From IMG/VR virus record IMGVR_UViG_3300022753_000059: a stretch of DNA of 64,000 nucleotides. One strand, written 5' to 3'. This DNA is from an uncultured virus (IMG/VR IMGVR_UViG_3300022753_000059) (lineage: Duplodnaviria > Heunggongvirae > Uroviricota > Caudoviricetes). The position numbers were made by a program, and so were the translations under genes. The notes under the pieces are model-generated. The model searched no databases, was not told where the DNA came from, and saw nothing but the letters and a program-made list of their open reading frames with translations. The stretch's first letter is position 1, and each line of letters opens with the position of its first letter. Positions 21,376 to 30,669 of the stretch are shown one piece after another.

Positions 21376-21385
21376 CAAAGAATAG
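21376..21385 (-). promoter_or_regulatory. CTATTCTTTG motif, putative late promoter element
   Basis: 19 nt upstream of the tape-measure ATG. Confidence 0.55.
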
Positions 21386-21416
21386 GGTATTGCCATTTCT
21401 TGTGGTTAAGAAAAAT

Positions 21417-21447
21417 CCCCATCACCACAGTATTATGATGATGGGGA
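21417..21447 (-). terminator. Stem-loop terminator after the chaperone frameshift ORF
   Basis: TCCCCATCA...TGATGGGGA inverted repeat followed by a T-run on the minus strand. Confidence 0.6.
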
Positions 21448-21452
21448 GCGGA

Positions 21453-21662
21453 TTATTTTTTAGAAGAGCCGAGGAGTCCTAATGTATTTGCTTGTTGAAT
21501 GCGTACTTGGTGAGCGTCCAGCCATTCAGCATCGTTGGCGATAATGGCGAACTCTTCATCGCTTAGACTCTCAACATCTATTCCTGGGAAATAATGCCGA
21601 ATAAATATCAGCTTTTGTCGGAAATAATCCTTATCGCCTACTTCCCAGGCTTTGATAAATTT
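21453..21662 (-). CDS. Tail assembly chaperone C-terminal extension (gpGT-like), reached by -1 frameshift
   Basis: Open -1 frame FIKAWEVGDKDYFRQKL...GSSKK with no ATG/GTG/TTG; slippery A AAT TTA at 21656-21662. Confidence 0.8.
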   Translation of the reverse strand, partial: KFIKAWEVGDKDYFRQKLIFIRHYFPGIDVESLSDEEFAIIANDAEWLDAHQVRIQQANTLGLLGSSKK

Positions 21663-22039
21663 ATGAGATTGCCGTGACGCATTTCAATAATGCGAGAGAG
21701 CTGGCCCATCAAGCCGAAGAGGAACAGCGAGTCATCGTCCACCAGTTCCATGTCACCAGCGAGGAAACAATCCTTTGCCAGTGTGCGCATGGCTACGGCC
21801 TGGTTTGTCTGGGATGCTGAGAGATACTTGGAGAATGCCTGGAAGGTAGGTTGACGGAAATAGCCTACATAGACTTCCTTCTCGTCAAACTCATTTCCTT
21901 CGACAACGAGAGGGAACACCACGCGGAGCTTGGGGTCGCCTTCCTTGATTTCCTTAACTTTTGCCTCGATTTGTTTTGCCAATTTCTCATTAGTGAGCTG
22001 GCCATCCTCATTGAAGAGGGGTTCTTTGATTACTGCCAT
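21638..22039 (-). CDS. Tail assembly chaperone (gpG-like)
   Basis: Between tube and tape measure; ATG 22039; ends in a slippery site. Confidence 0.8.
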   Translation of the reverse strand: MAVIKEPLFNEDGQLTNEKLAKQIEAKVKEIKEGDPKLRVVFPLVVEGNEFDEKEVYVGYFRQPTFQAFSKYLSASQTNQAVAMRTLAKDCFLAGDMELVDDDSLFLFGLMGQLSRIIEMRHGNLINLSKPGK

Positions 22040-22169
22040 AATTTTGAATATTAAAAATGGATTATCTTTATGATGAATAGAGAGCGATAACATATATCGT
22101 TTGAAAAGTGGGGAGATATTTTCATACCTCCCCACTCGATAGTATTAATCAAGACCGTGTAACACCTTA

Positions 22170-22634
22170 TTAGGTATTAGCACTGGTGCTTGGGATAATC
22201 TTGAACGGATTCAAGTCGAACTCCTTGGTGATATTGGTATCGTCCTGCTCAGCCTCCATACCGTCCTCAGTGAAGAGACAGCCTTTGAGCGTTACAGTTT
22301 CCGTAGTCCAATCATCAGTACCAAGCTCGTTGGCAAACGAGATTACAAGATCGAACTCTCCCAGGTTCATCAGAGAGCCTTTCAGAGCGCGGAGCTGCAC
22401 CTGGGTATTGTAGTCCATAGTGATGGATGCCGTGTACTCATGGTTTCCGAAACCACGATTCACTGGCTCACCACCAAGGCCATAGTTGGTCTTGACGTTA
22501 CGCTTGATATTCCACTTGATGCCAGACACACCCTGGAGGATGGTCGGATTGGCAGACGCTGAACCAGTAAGAGCTGGTGCTGTCAGCTCAATCATCGCCC
22601 ACGAATAGGCTACGTTGTTTACTATTGTTGCCAT
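22170..22634 (-). CDS. Tail tube protein
   Basis: 154 aa after the sheath; YSWAMIEL, NYGLGGEPVNRGFGN motifs. Confidence 0.8.
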   Translation of the reverse strand: MATIVNNVAYSWAMIELTAPALTGSASANPTILQGVSGIKWNIKRNVKTNYGLGGEPVNRGFGNHEYTASITMDYNTQVQLRALKGSLMNLGEFDLVISFANELGTDDWTTETVTLKGCLFTEDGMEAEQDDTNITKEFDLNPFKIIPSTSANT

Positions 22635-22639
22635 TTACT

Positions 22640-23977
22640 TTAAGCGGATAATACCAATCCCTCAGTTACCTTGATTTCCTTGGCAGTGCCGATGGGAACC
22701 ATAGTGTACTGGATGATCAGTCGGTCGTTCTTGAGAATGTTCTGGTCGGCAGGAATTGTCACCTGGCCGATTCCGCTGATTTCCTCTGCATCGCGCATAG
22801 CGTTGAGAATATCAGTTATCAAATTGCTAAATACCGTAATCTGAGCTACGGACAAGCGTCCAGTTGAAGGATCAACCTTTATAGGAGAGTTCACATAAGG
22901 CAGGAGAGCCGTGCGAACAGACCTACGAGATTTGTTGATTACGCGGTTCCTGGAGATTGTGCGATAGTCGCCATCGGAGCATGTCTGGTCGCCAGTGAAG
23001 TACACGTGGCCCTCAAGACCTGCATAGCGGCAAAGGAACACATAGCCCAGGTCATCAAGATGATCAATCTGAACTTGAGTCAGCGAGTCGTAACGAGTCG
23101 GATTTGTCAGAGCGTGACTAACGACAGTTGCGTTACCGAAACCAAGCTCGATGTCAGTAAAGTAATCTGCCAGGTCATGCTGCTGTACCCAACCGATGCT
23201 CTCTGCAACATTAGAAGCTGCGAGACATCCCAGCGCGATACCAATGTTACCTACTGGAGTACAAGAATCCAGAGAGGTCTGCATAGCAGCAATCTCATCA
23301 TTGGAATCCTGGCCCAGAAGAACACTGACATAACGAGCTTTAGAGATACAAGTAGGAATCTTGCTCCATACAACAGACGTTACAGAGGAATTGGATGTCA
23401 AAACCTTTGCCGTGTTAGCATTCAGCAAGATAACACAAGGAGCATTGTAATCGTTAGCGAGGCTTTCAGCAACAAGCTCCAGACTATCACGAAGCTGGAT
23501 TGTGTACTGCTCAGCATTCTCACTGGCCAATTTCCACAGACTCTGCTCAGTCCATACACCGAACTGGTTGATGACACCGTGAGCGGCCTTCTGCATATCA
23601 ATCAGAACATTCCAGTTGCTTGAGCAATTGGCGAATGCGATGAACAAACGACCCGAATTGCTGTTCTTCTGGAAGAACTGCTTGATGTGATAGTAAGGAA
23701 TGCCATAGAGGAAGTCAGCACTTACTGTGTCACTTTCCACAGTAGTAGTCTCACCAGTGTACGGCATGATACCGAGTTCTTCCGCATCCTCAAGGCAATT
23801 CAGCTCAACAACGGTGTTCTGGAGCTTTGCAGCGAGGGTAGCACCAACGCCTACAGTCCAAAAGTTAGATTGGGCAGAAATATCAAATAGCAGACCGCAC
23901 ACCTTCTCAGTAAGGTTCACCCTTTCGGTTCCAATGTTACCATCGGTATCGGTCATAAATACACCACCTAATGCCAT
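22640..23977 (-). CDS. Tail sheath protein (DUF2586-like)
   Basis: 445 aa; LDDLGYVFLCRYAGLEG, DYRTISRNRVINK, VPIGTAKEIKV. Confidence 0.85.
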   Translation of the reverse strand: MALGGVFMTDTDGNIGTERVNLTEKVCGLLFDISAQSNFWTVGVGATLAAKLQNTVVELNCLEDAEELGIMPYTGETTTVESDTVSADFLYGIPYYHIKQFFQKNSNSGRLFIAFANCSSNWNVLIDMQKAAHGVINQFGVWTEQSLWKLASENAEQYTIQLRDSLELVAESLANDYNAPCVILLNANTAKVLTSNSSVTSVVWSKIPTCISKARYVSVLLGQDSNDEIAAMQTSLDSCTPVGNIGIALGCLAASNVAESIGWVQQHDLADYFTDIELGFGNATVVSHALTNPTRYDSLTQVQIDHLDDLGYVFLCRYAGLEGHVYFTGDQTCSDGDYRTISRNRVINKSRRSVRTALLPYVNSPIKVDPSTGRLSVAQITVFSNLITDILNAMRDAEEISGIGQVTIPADQNILKNDRLIIQYTMVPIGTAKEIKVTEGLVLSA

Positions 23978-23995
23978 TGTTGTTAATTTTATAGA

Positions 23996-24439
23996 TTATT
24001 GTTTGAAATATGGATTTCGATAAAGAATAGCAGTGCCTCTGTCAGAAGGTTTAGTGCCTTTCGTGAACACCTCGCCAGCTTTACCAATGTACAGCTCCCT
24101 ATAGTTGGGGAATGCTTTCAACACTGATTTCACATGTTCTGGAATGTCCGATTCTGGCACTTGCACTGCTTCAACTTTTTTGTCCTTTTTAGCAGTCTGC
24201 TTTTTCTCTTTGGCAGCGGCAGGAGCTTCCTCTTCGTTAGTCGGCTCCTCAACTGTCTCAGTAGGCTGTTCCTGGGTTGCTTCCTGGGTTGCTTCCTGGG
24301 TTGCTTCCTGGGTTGCTTCCTGGGTTGCTTCCTGGGTTGCTTCCTGGGAGGTCTGTTCACCTTCCATTACACCAACCTGCTCAGTCTCATCTACTGTAGG
24401 AGTAGCTGGGGTTTCTGCTATTACTTTCTTTTTAGCCAT
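23996..24439 (-). CDS. Hypothetical protein with an acidic low-complexity QEAT repeat
   Basis: 147-aa ORF between capsid and sheath. Confidence 0.75.
   Translation of the reverse strand: MAKKKVIAETPATPTVDETEQVGVMEGEQTSQEATQEATQEATQEATQEATQEATQEQPTETVEEPTNEEEAPAAAKEKKQTAKKDKKVEAVQVPESDIPEHVKSVLKAFPNYRELYIGKAGEVFTKGTKPSDRGTAILYRNPYFKQ
24269..24348. repeat. 12-bp tandem repeat, about 6.7 perfect copies
   Basis: TTCCTGGGTTGC x6 plus TTCCTGGG. Confidence 0.95.
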
Positions 24440-24458
24440 AATGTTGTTTTAATTAAAA

Positions 24459-24492
24459 TAGGGAGCGGAGTATCAGTCACCTCCACTCCCTA
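24459..24492 (-). terminator. Intrinsic terminator after the capsid gene
   Basis: TAGGGAGCGGAG...CTCCACTCCCTA stem, T-run on the minus strand. Confidence 0.65.
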
Positions 24493-24519
24493 CACATTCA
24501 TTTTTCGAGATACTAATCG

Positions 24520-25644
24520 TTATCCGTTGTTGCTGCTTCCACTTGCGGCAGAGCCATAAGCGTAAGTAGTCCAAATGACGATTTCAGAAGGAAGAACGAT
24601 GTTGACATCGACCTTCATGCGCATCTGGAAGAAGTACAGCTCAGAGTTGGCTTGCAGCTTCTCTACCTTCACAGATTCCTGGTCGGTAGCGTAGTCAACG
24701 CCCATCCAGAGGCAGCTATCCATTTCCTTGGTGAACTTACCAAGAGCGATAGTCTGTTCGGGAATACCGTCAATGACTACAACACGCTTGCCCTTGAAGC
24801 GATACTTGTTCACGTCAGCGTTCTCAGTGTACTTCACGTCCTTGCTGGACAGATACTGGTCGTAAATATCCCAGAGATCCCAGCCCATGACGAACACGAG
24901 CTTCTTGCTCTTGCGGAGCTTCTTAGGACACTTGCGATACATCGCGTACAGAGCGGTCTCTACGGCCTGGCCAGTAGAAAGAGCTGTGTTACCAGCGAGA
25001 ATCACCTTACCAGAAGCAGCCTCGTTCTTCTGAGCCTCAGTTGCGCCAGTAGGATTGGCTGCAACAGCGGCATTGGCAGCGAGGTTGTCGAGGCAGCGTA
25101 CAATGAAGCCATCGAAATACTTCATCGGGCCAGCATCACTGGTGCCACCGATGGTCACGTTGTCGTTGCTGTTAGAAGTCAGCGTAGGATCTGCGCCACC
25201 CTTCTTAGAACACCAGATGCTATCACCGATGTACTGATCCTTGCGGTCAACCAGCAAGTGAAGCATGGTAGCCTGCACCTTCGGATCAAGCTCACGGAAG
25301 ATAAGCTCGCCTTCGGGCTGGAAGGGCTTCCAATACTCCTCGAAATCACGAGGATTGAACTCCAGATATACCATGAAATCACTGGGATCCAGGTAACGCT
25401 CAGCAAACGTGTACTCGTTCATACCGTCTGAGCCAGAACCACCATGAGTGGAGTTGGGAGTAGCAACATTGTCCTGGATAATCTTACCCAGAGATACGTG
25501 AGGCAGAACCTTACGCTTCTGAATACCTGGAACAATATGAATCAACCCCTCCTGGTAGGTGTCATTTCCTTGCGCGGTATATACCAGAAGATCCTCAAGG
25601 ACTTCACCAGCGTAGGTATTACCAGCATAGTTAATTGTTGCCAT
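24520..25644 (-). CDS. Major capsid protein (putative)
   Basis: 374 aa directly after the protease/scaffold gene, followed by a terminator. Confidence 0.8.
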   Translation of the reverse strand: MATINYAGNTYAGEVLEDLLVYTAQGNDTYQEGLIHIVPGIQKRKVLPHVSLGKIIQDNVATPNSTHGGSGSDGMNEYTFAERYLDPSDFMVYLEFNPRDFEEYWKPFQPEGELIFRELDPKVQATMLHLLVDRKDQYIGDSIWCSKKGGADPTLTSNSNDNVTIGGTSDAGPMKYFDGFIVRCLDNLAANAAVAANPTGATEAQKNEAASGKVILAGNTALSTGQAVETALYAMYRKCPKKLRKSKKLVFVMGWDLWDIYDQYLSSKDVKYTENADVNKYRFKGKRVVVIDGIPEQTIALGKFTKEMDSCLWMGVDYATDQESVKVEKLQANSELYFFQMRMKVDVNIVLPSEIVIWTTYAYGSAASGSSNNG

Positions 25645-25670
25645 TACTTATAATTTATTAAAAGTTTCAG

Positions 25671-26930
25671 TTAAAATGTTTTGAGTTCAACATCACCGAC
25701 AACGGCCTTCACCTTCTCAGCCATCTTTGCCTGTGCGTCTTTCAGCTGCTCCTCAATGTGATCCTTGTTTGCAGGGTCATTGGCGATTTGCTGCGAGATA
25801 ACCTCACGTGCTGGGATGGAGTCAAGGGTAGTCTTGACGGTTTCGAGATTGTCCTGGGCCATCTGGATCCAAGAATCCTTGGACTTCTCATCAATTTTGC
25901 CAGCGTCAATGGCATCCTGCACGAGCTTTTCAATAGCGGCATCGTGAGCTGCCTTCTCCGCATCCTTGTAGGTCTTGAGGTCAGCCTTAACCTTGTCAAG
26001 CTCAGTCTGCATGTTGGTCACAGCAGCTTCCTTACCCTGGTACTCAATCTTGAGTTTATCCAGCTGAGACTGAACCTCCTTGAGATCAGCTTCTGCCTTC
26101 AAAAGCTCTGTGATACGACCAGATACAGATGCAACCGCAACGTCAGCAGAAAAACCAAGCTGAGCGGCCACAGCCTCAAAATTTACTTGCTTTTCCATTT
26201 TTGTTTGATTTTGGTTTGAATCTTGTTCACTTTGTAAACGAATAGCGGCTACTTCTTCGAGAAGTTTATTTTCATCCACTTCCTCAACGATAGTTGCCAT
26301 GATGTCGCGCAAAGACACGGCATTTGTTATTCCTTCAATTTGATTTTTTACTTTTTCAGTGACTTGCTTGGAAGTCTTTAGAATATGGTTGGCTGGAAGA
26401 ATGCCAGCAGCAACAGCTTCTTTCGCGCTGAAATAAGTACCGTCAGCCTCACCTTCACCATCCATAATGGCACGTACCTTTTCTTTCGATAGGCCAAAAC
26501 GCTTGGTGTAGATGGTCTCAATCTGGGTACGGAAAGCATTGACCATGTTCTTCACATTCTCATCCTCAGAATCCTGCGAGTAAACGAAAGGATTGTGAAT
26601 CATAAGGATGGAATAATCGTGCATGTACAAATGATCTCCAGCTGACCAGATAACGCTACCCATTGATGCAGCAATACCCTCAATCACACAGTCAACCTCG
26701 ATAGGACAAGACTGGATGATTGAGAACGTACTCATGCCATACAACACAGAACCACCGTCTGAATTGATAAGGACGATAATCTTCGATGGCTTAACATAGT
26801 CTTGCAACCAAAGAAACTCCTCATTAAAGCATTCGGTAGAACAACTGTCAACAGCTCCAAAGAAACGTATAATGGCAGGAGCATTCGCTTCGGCCTTACC
26901 AACCACATACTTGAGTTTATTTACGTCCAT
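25671..26930 (-). CDS. ClpP-like (S14) prohead protease with C-terminal coiled-coil scaffold
   Basis: INSDGGSV, GIAASMGS, MIHNP motifs; ATG 26930. Confidence 0.88.
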   Translation of the reverse strand: MDVNKLKYVVGKAEANAPAIIRFFGAVDSCSTECFNEEFLWLQDYVKPSKIIVLINSDGGSVLYGMSTFSIIQSCPIEVDCVIEGIAASMGSVIWSAGDHLYMHDYSILMIHNPFVYSQDSEDENVKNMVNAFRTQIETIYTKRFGLSKEKVRAIMDGEGEADGTYFSAKEAVAAGILPANHILKTSKQVTEKVKNQIEGITNAVSLRDIMATIVEEVDENKLLEEVAAIRLQSEQDSNQNQTKMEKQVNFEAVAAQLGFSADVAVASVSGRITELLKAEADLKEVQSQLDKLKIEYQGKEAAVTNMQTELDKVKADLKTYKDAEKAAHDAAIEKLVQDAIDAGKIDEKSKDSWIQMAQDNLETVKTTLDSIPAREVISQQIANDPANKDHIEEQLKDAQAKMAEKVKAVVGDVELKTF

Positions 26931-26946
26931 TGTCAATCAATTTTTT

Positions 26947-26956
26947 CAAAGAATAG
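26947..26956 (-). promoter_or_regulatory. CTATTCTTTG motif, putative late promoter element
   Basis: 16 nt upstream of the protease ATG. Confidence 0.55.
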
Positions 26957-26982
26957 AATGAATTATTTATAAATGTTGAATT

Positions 26983-27729
26983 TTACTCTTGAAGGTCAGA
27001 AAATTGTGCGGCTTGTTCAATGGTCGGCTCATCGTGGTTTTCATGCTTATCCACGTTATTTTCCTCCAATTGGTCAGTATGATTTGTGAACGGAGGCATT
27101 ACTACATACCTATCCACATAATTCTTATATTTATAGGATGTGTAATCATAGAACCAAATCTGGTAGTCAATCCAGTAGGGCTGTACCCCATCGTCAAAAG
27201 TCAATGGCTGATCCCAGTATTGCAACTGAAAGCGGTTGACCAAAGCTGGGAAATCTGCCTTATGCTGATTGATAGCGTCATTGATGAGCGAAAATGCACG
27301 GAATCCATCCATTTCTACGTCATCATCACCATTGTTCAAGCGGTTAAGGACATAATGCAGACGCAACACGCCTTTTCCTTCATTAATACGATATGTACCA
27401 ACATTCCAGTACATATCTATAAAATGAATAAAACAAGCTGGAAATGCGAGAGCGTATTCATTGTTGTATTCATTGTGCTTAATGCGATTCAATTGACCGT
27501 TATCCAACTTTATGGTCTTGAACAGCAATGGGCTGTCATCATTGTTTGGGTCAACGTGTATTCCTTCCAGAATCTTACGCACAGCAAGATATACTTCACA
27601 CATGGCATTCATAGTCACGGCCTCTTCAATGGTCGTTGGCTGTGAAGATTGAGACTCTTGCACTTGTTCCTGGATTGTCTGTATATCTTCTTGCGGTATC
27701 GCGTTAAGCAAAGATTTATCTATAATCAT
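26983..27729 (-). CDS. Hypothetical virion protein (possible tail completion protein)
   Basis: 248-aa ORF in the head/neck cluster. Confidence 0.6.
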   Translation of the reverse strand: MIIDKSLLNAIPQEDIQTIQEQVQESQSSQPTTIEEAVTMNAMCEVYLAVRKILEGIHVDPNNDDSPLLFKTIKLDNGQLNRIKHNEYNNEYALAFPACFIHFIDMYWNVGTYRINEGKGVLRLHYVLNRLNNGDDDVEMDGFRAFSLINDAINQHKADFPALVNRFQLQYWDQPLTFDDGVQPYWIDYQIWFYDYTSYKYKNYVDRYVVMPPFTNHTDQLEENNVDKHENHDEPTIEQAAQFSDLQE

Positions 27730-28223
27730 TTCGGAAATCCTTCAAATATTTTTACTGATAGAGCTTTAATTCTTTTGTCAAGTACGGTGGAGAAACCTAT
27801 GAATTGACGTTGAACACTGGGAACTCCAGTGCGTCCGTATGTATGAGAACCGCTTGGGTCGTTATGTACAGCTGCATAACAGAATCCTTTATGTCTGGCA
27901 GCTGTTCCAAAAGCATTCGGATCAGTATAAATACGCATCTGCGTCTTTGTCTGTTCCTTATACTTGATGGAGTTTTTCAATGTGCCAGTCTCGTGCATAA
28001 TCGGATGTTTATAGCTACGAGTACGTTCCCTCCATGTCATAGAGTTGTTGGTATTCATCCTATGCAAATCAAAGGATTCCTGGAACACCTCAACGGCAGC
28101 TTTGGAAGCTTCAACCTTGAAGTTCCACAACTGTAATCCAAAACGATGCTGCAACGGCCTCCATTGCTGCGTCAATTGTTCTGGAGTGATGGGCGTTCCG
28201 CGTCTATTCCTTATCTTTGCCAT
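27726..28223 (-). CDS. Virion morphogenesis protein (Mu gpG / tail S-like)
   Basis: ETGTLKNSI, YAAVHN, QRQFIG motifs. Confidence 0.75.
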   Translation of the reverse strand: MAKIRNRRGTPITPEQLTQQWRPLQHRFGLQLWNFKVEASKAAVEVFQESFDLHRMNTNNSMTWRERTRSYKHPIMHETGTLKNSIKYKEQTKTQMRIYTDPNAFGTAARHKGFCYAAVHNDPSGSHTYGRTGVPSVQRQFIGFSTVLDKRIKALSVKIFEGFPK

Positions 28224-29127
28224 TAAAATACTTCTCCTTTATTCGTTGTGAAATAGACTCAAGCTGTTCCCGATGTTCCTCCTTGATCTGGAAGTATGGA
28301 TGTTCATCGGAAAATATTCTTCCACCTAATGCCACACTCTCCTTGAAAGTAGGATTGAACCAGAACGGCATTGAAGGAACAATTACGCGCTCATTGTTTA
28401 CATCCTTAATCTGACCATACACATCCTCATCTTCAACAAGGAAGCAGCGGCATCCGTGTTCAATCGGTGGTATGAGCCATGCTGGGAATCGAGACTTTGG
28501 TGCCGAATATCCTTCATACTGCAAGTGCCAGGGCCTCACACGCTCATCGCCTTGTGTCATGTAAGTAAGGATGGTGGTTTCCTTCAATTTATACAAGCCA
28601 GCCGCAACAATCATGGCATATTCAACATCCATGTCCTCAGTTGCAGCGTATGTCTTGTTATATTTAGCGAATATTGCGTGGAACTCATCGTCCGTATCGT
28701 CATCATCTTCATCGCCATCTTCATCATCCAACTCATCTTCATCTGGAAGATTCATCGCCATCTGATACTCTTCTGCAACGGCAAAATCAATGAGGTTGTC
28801 AACGGCAGCAAGAATGACGTTACGTTTTGCCTCCTGCTCTGGAGTCAAATTCTCATAGTTCCTCAAAAGGTCAATGGCATCTTCGTATGTTCCACCGAAT
28901 CCGTCAATGGCGTGGTGAATCAACAAGTCGGCACGTAAAGCCATCAACTCTTCCATCACCTCCCACTGATCGCTGTCTTTATCAATGCTTTCAAGCAACC
29001 GCTCGAATATAGCAAGCAGGGCCGCAAATTCTTTCTCTTTGCGTTCCTCATCTTGCTTCGGCAGTTTCTGTGCTTGAACCTGGGAGAGAGAAGCCCTACC
29101 GATTACTTTCTCCCCGACAGAAAATTT
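28204..29127 (-). CDS. MuF / SPP1 gp7-like minor head protein; frame is open back to a slippery site in the portal gene
   Basis: YMTQGDERVRPWH and PPIEHGCRC motifs; the ORF track starts at TTG 28998 but the frame is open to 29127. Confidence 0.8.
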   Translation of the reverse strand, partial: KFSVGEKVIGRASLSQVQAQKLPKQDEERKEKEFAALLAIFERLLESIDKDSDQWEVMEELMALRADLLIHHAIDGFGGTYEDAIDLLRNYENLTPEQEAKRNVILAAVDNLIDFAVAEEYQMAMNLPDEDELDDEDGDEDDDDTDDEFHAIFAKYNKTYAATEDMDVEYAMIVAAGLYKLKETTILTYMTQGDERVRPWHLQYEGYSAPKSRFPAWLIPPIEHGCRCFLVEDEDVYGQIKDVNNERVIVPSMPFWFNPTFKESVALGGRIFSDEHPYFQIKEEHREQLESISQRIKEKYFNGKDKE

Positions 29128-30416
29128 ACGGCTCCACGCGCATGTCCGTACCTTTTATAGTATTCTTCGTCTGACATGATGTAACGGTCGCCATCACCTC
29201 CAGTGGAAGCACCACCACCAACGCCACCAGCTTCGAGATTAAGCTGCTTACCGACAACGACACCGAATGTCTTTTCGATTTCGTCAGCGGCAATCTCGTA
29301 ACGCTCAGTCAAGAACTGGTAGAGGTCAATCTGGTCTTTGTCTGACATTTCAAGACGCTTAGCGTACTTGAACTCCAAACCAGGCTTAATGTAGCCCATC
29401 AAAACCAAGCGAGGCAGGATTTCCTCGTTCATCACATTCTCGATATACTCACGGTACACCTCCACACGGTCACGGAATACATCCTGGTGTGCGCGAGTGG
29501 AACCGACATACGACTGGGTTTCACCAGCCATAGACTCAGAACCAAGGATGAGGTTCGACACTTCCTTGTTCACCAAAGCAATCAGTCCAGTAAACACCTT
29601 CTCAGAGTTTGACATCGTGAATGTCTTGATGTCAACCTCATCGTTCAAGCCAGTAACGACAACCTTATTCTGAGCGGCACTGGCAATATCATTGGCTAAT
29701 CGCTTGCGGTCAGTCGTACTCTCTGATTCTGTCTTACCATGAATAATTGGCTGGCCGTATGTGTGTGAGAAATTCACGTAGTTAGCCATCGTGAACTTCT
29801 TTGCAAGAATCAATGGCGTGGTAGCTGAGAACAGACCAAGTGTTCCAGAGTTGATGAGAATGTAGTGATCACGATATTGGCGGTCATCAAAGTTCCAGCC
29901 TGGACTCCACATACTTTGACGCTTTACAATACGCCTTTGGTCGGCCAACACATTACGTCTCTCAATCTGGTTGACGTACTTGAGCTTTCCAGTGCGCTCA
30001 TCAATATCTGGCAGAATCTCAAGGGCCGTATAACCATAGAGCTTTGACTCTACAATGCCACGGATAATCTTGATGAACTGGGTGCCTTGAATCTTCTTGG
30101 TTTCCTCCACATCACGGACATATTTACCCTTCTCATTCAACCTTGCAAGCATATAACGCTCACCGACAATCTGGGATTCCAGTGTTTCAAGAACAGACGC
30201 AAGATGGGCATCCTGCTGAACACAAGCGTCATAAAGGTCAATCAGTTTCCCACGGTCATCCAGAACCATACCTTCGTGGATATGACTCTGAATGGACTTG
30301 AAGTGACAGTACCTCTCTATCTCTCTGGTATATTCCTGGATTGTTTTCTTGCTCGTGCGGAATATGCTTTCCAGAAGATCTATGTTGAACTTTTCTGAAC
30401 TTTCTACTGTAGCCAT
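29103..30416 (-). CDS. Portal protein (DUF935 / Mu gp29-like)
   Basis: DAHLASVLE, YGYTALEI, YGQPIIHGK, NKEVSNLILG, SYVGSTRAH motifs; precedes MuF. Confidence 0.85.
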   Translation of the reverse strand: MATVESSEKFNIDLLESIFRTSKKTIQEYTREIERYCHFKSIQSHIHEGMVLDDRGKLIDLYDACVQQDAHLASVLETLESQIVGERYMLARLNEKGKYVRDVEETKKIQGTQFIKIIRGIVESKLYGYTALEILPDIDERTGKLKYVNQIERRNVLADQRRIVKRQSMWSPGWNFDDRQYRDHYILINSGTLGLFSATTPLILAKKFTMANYVNFSHTYGQPIIHGKTESESTTDRKRLANDIASAAQNKVVVTGLNDEVDIKTFTMSNSEKVFTGLIALVNKEVSNLILGSESMAGETQSYVGSTRAHQDVFRDRVEVYREYIENVMNEEILPRLVLMGYIKPGLEFKYAKRLEMSDKDQIDLYQFLTERYEIAADEIEKTFGVVVGKQLNLEAGGVGGGASTGGDGDRYIMSDEEYYKRYGHARGAVNFLSGRK

Positions 30417-30431
30417 TGAAAAATCTTTTTT

Positions 30432-30441
30432 CAAAGAATAG
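30432..30441 (-). promoter_or_regulatory. CTATTCTTTG motif, putative late promoter element
   Basis: 15 nt upstream of the portal ATG. Confidence 0.55.
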
Positions 30442-30626
30442 AAAATGTCTCTTTAGTCCGTTTTCATGGCATTCAAAAGAGTACATTTCATATAAGTATG
30501 CTTTCACTTTTTTGATATGTTAAAATTTGATTGTGTTTCCAAAAATAAACGTATTATTTATAATACGTTTCAAAAATTCTATATGTTAAAAGCATATTTT
30601 CATTAGGTAGTTAAAAGATTTTTCCG

Positions 30627-30634
30627 TAACTTTG
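30627..30634 (+). promoter_or_regulatory. Bacteroidetes housekeeping promoter -7 element (TAACTTTG)
   Basis: Matches TAnnTTTG, 35 nt upstream of ATG 30670. Confidence 0.75.
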
Positions 30635-30669
30635 CACCCGATTTCATAACCACTTAAACAAAAGTCAGT

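Noticed and set aside
25671..26930. Host-type clpP gene
   Set aside because: Its position before the capsid gene and its coiled-coil tail indicate a prohead protease/scaffold, so no gene symbol was given.
292..30398. Plus-strand ORFs across the virion module (e.g. 7841-8425, 13891-14541, 24652-25431)
   Set aside because: They are antisense shadows of well-supported minus-strand genes.
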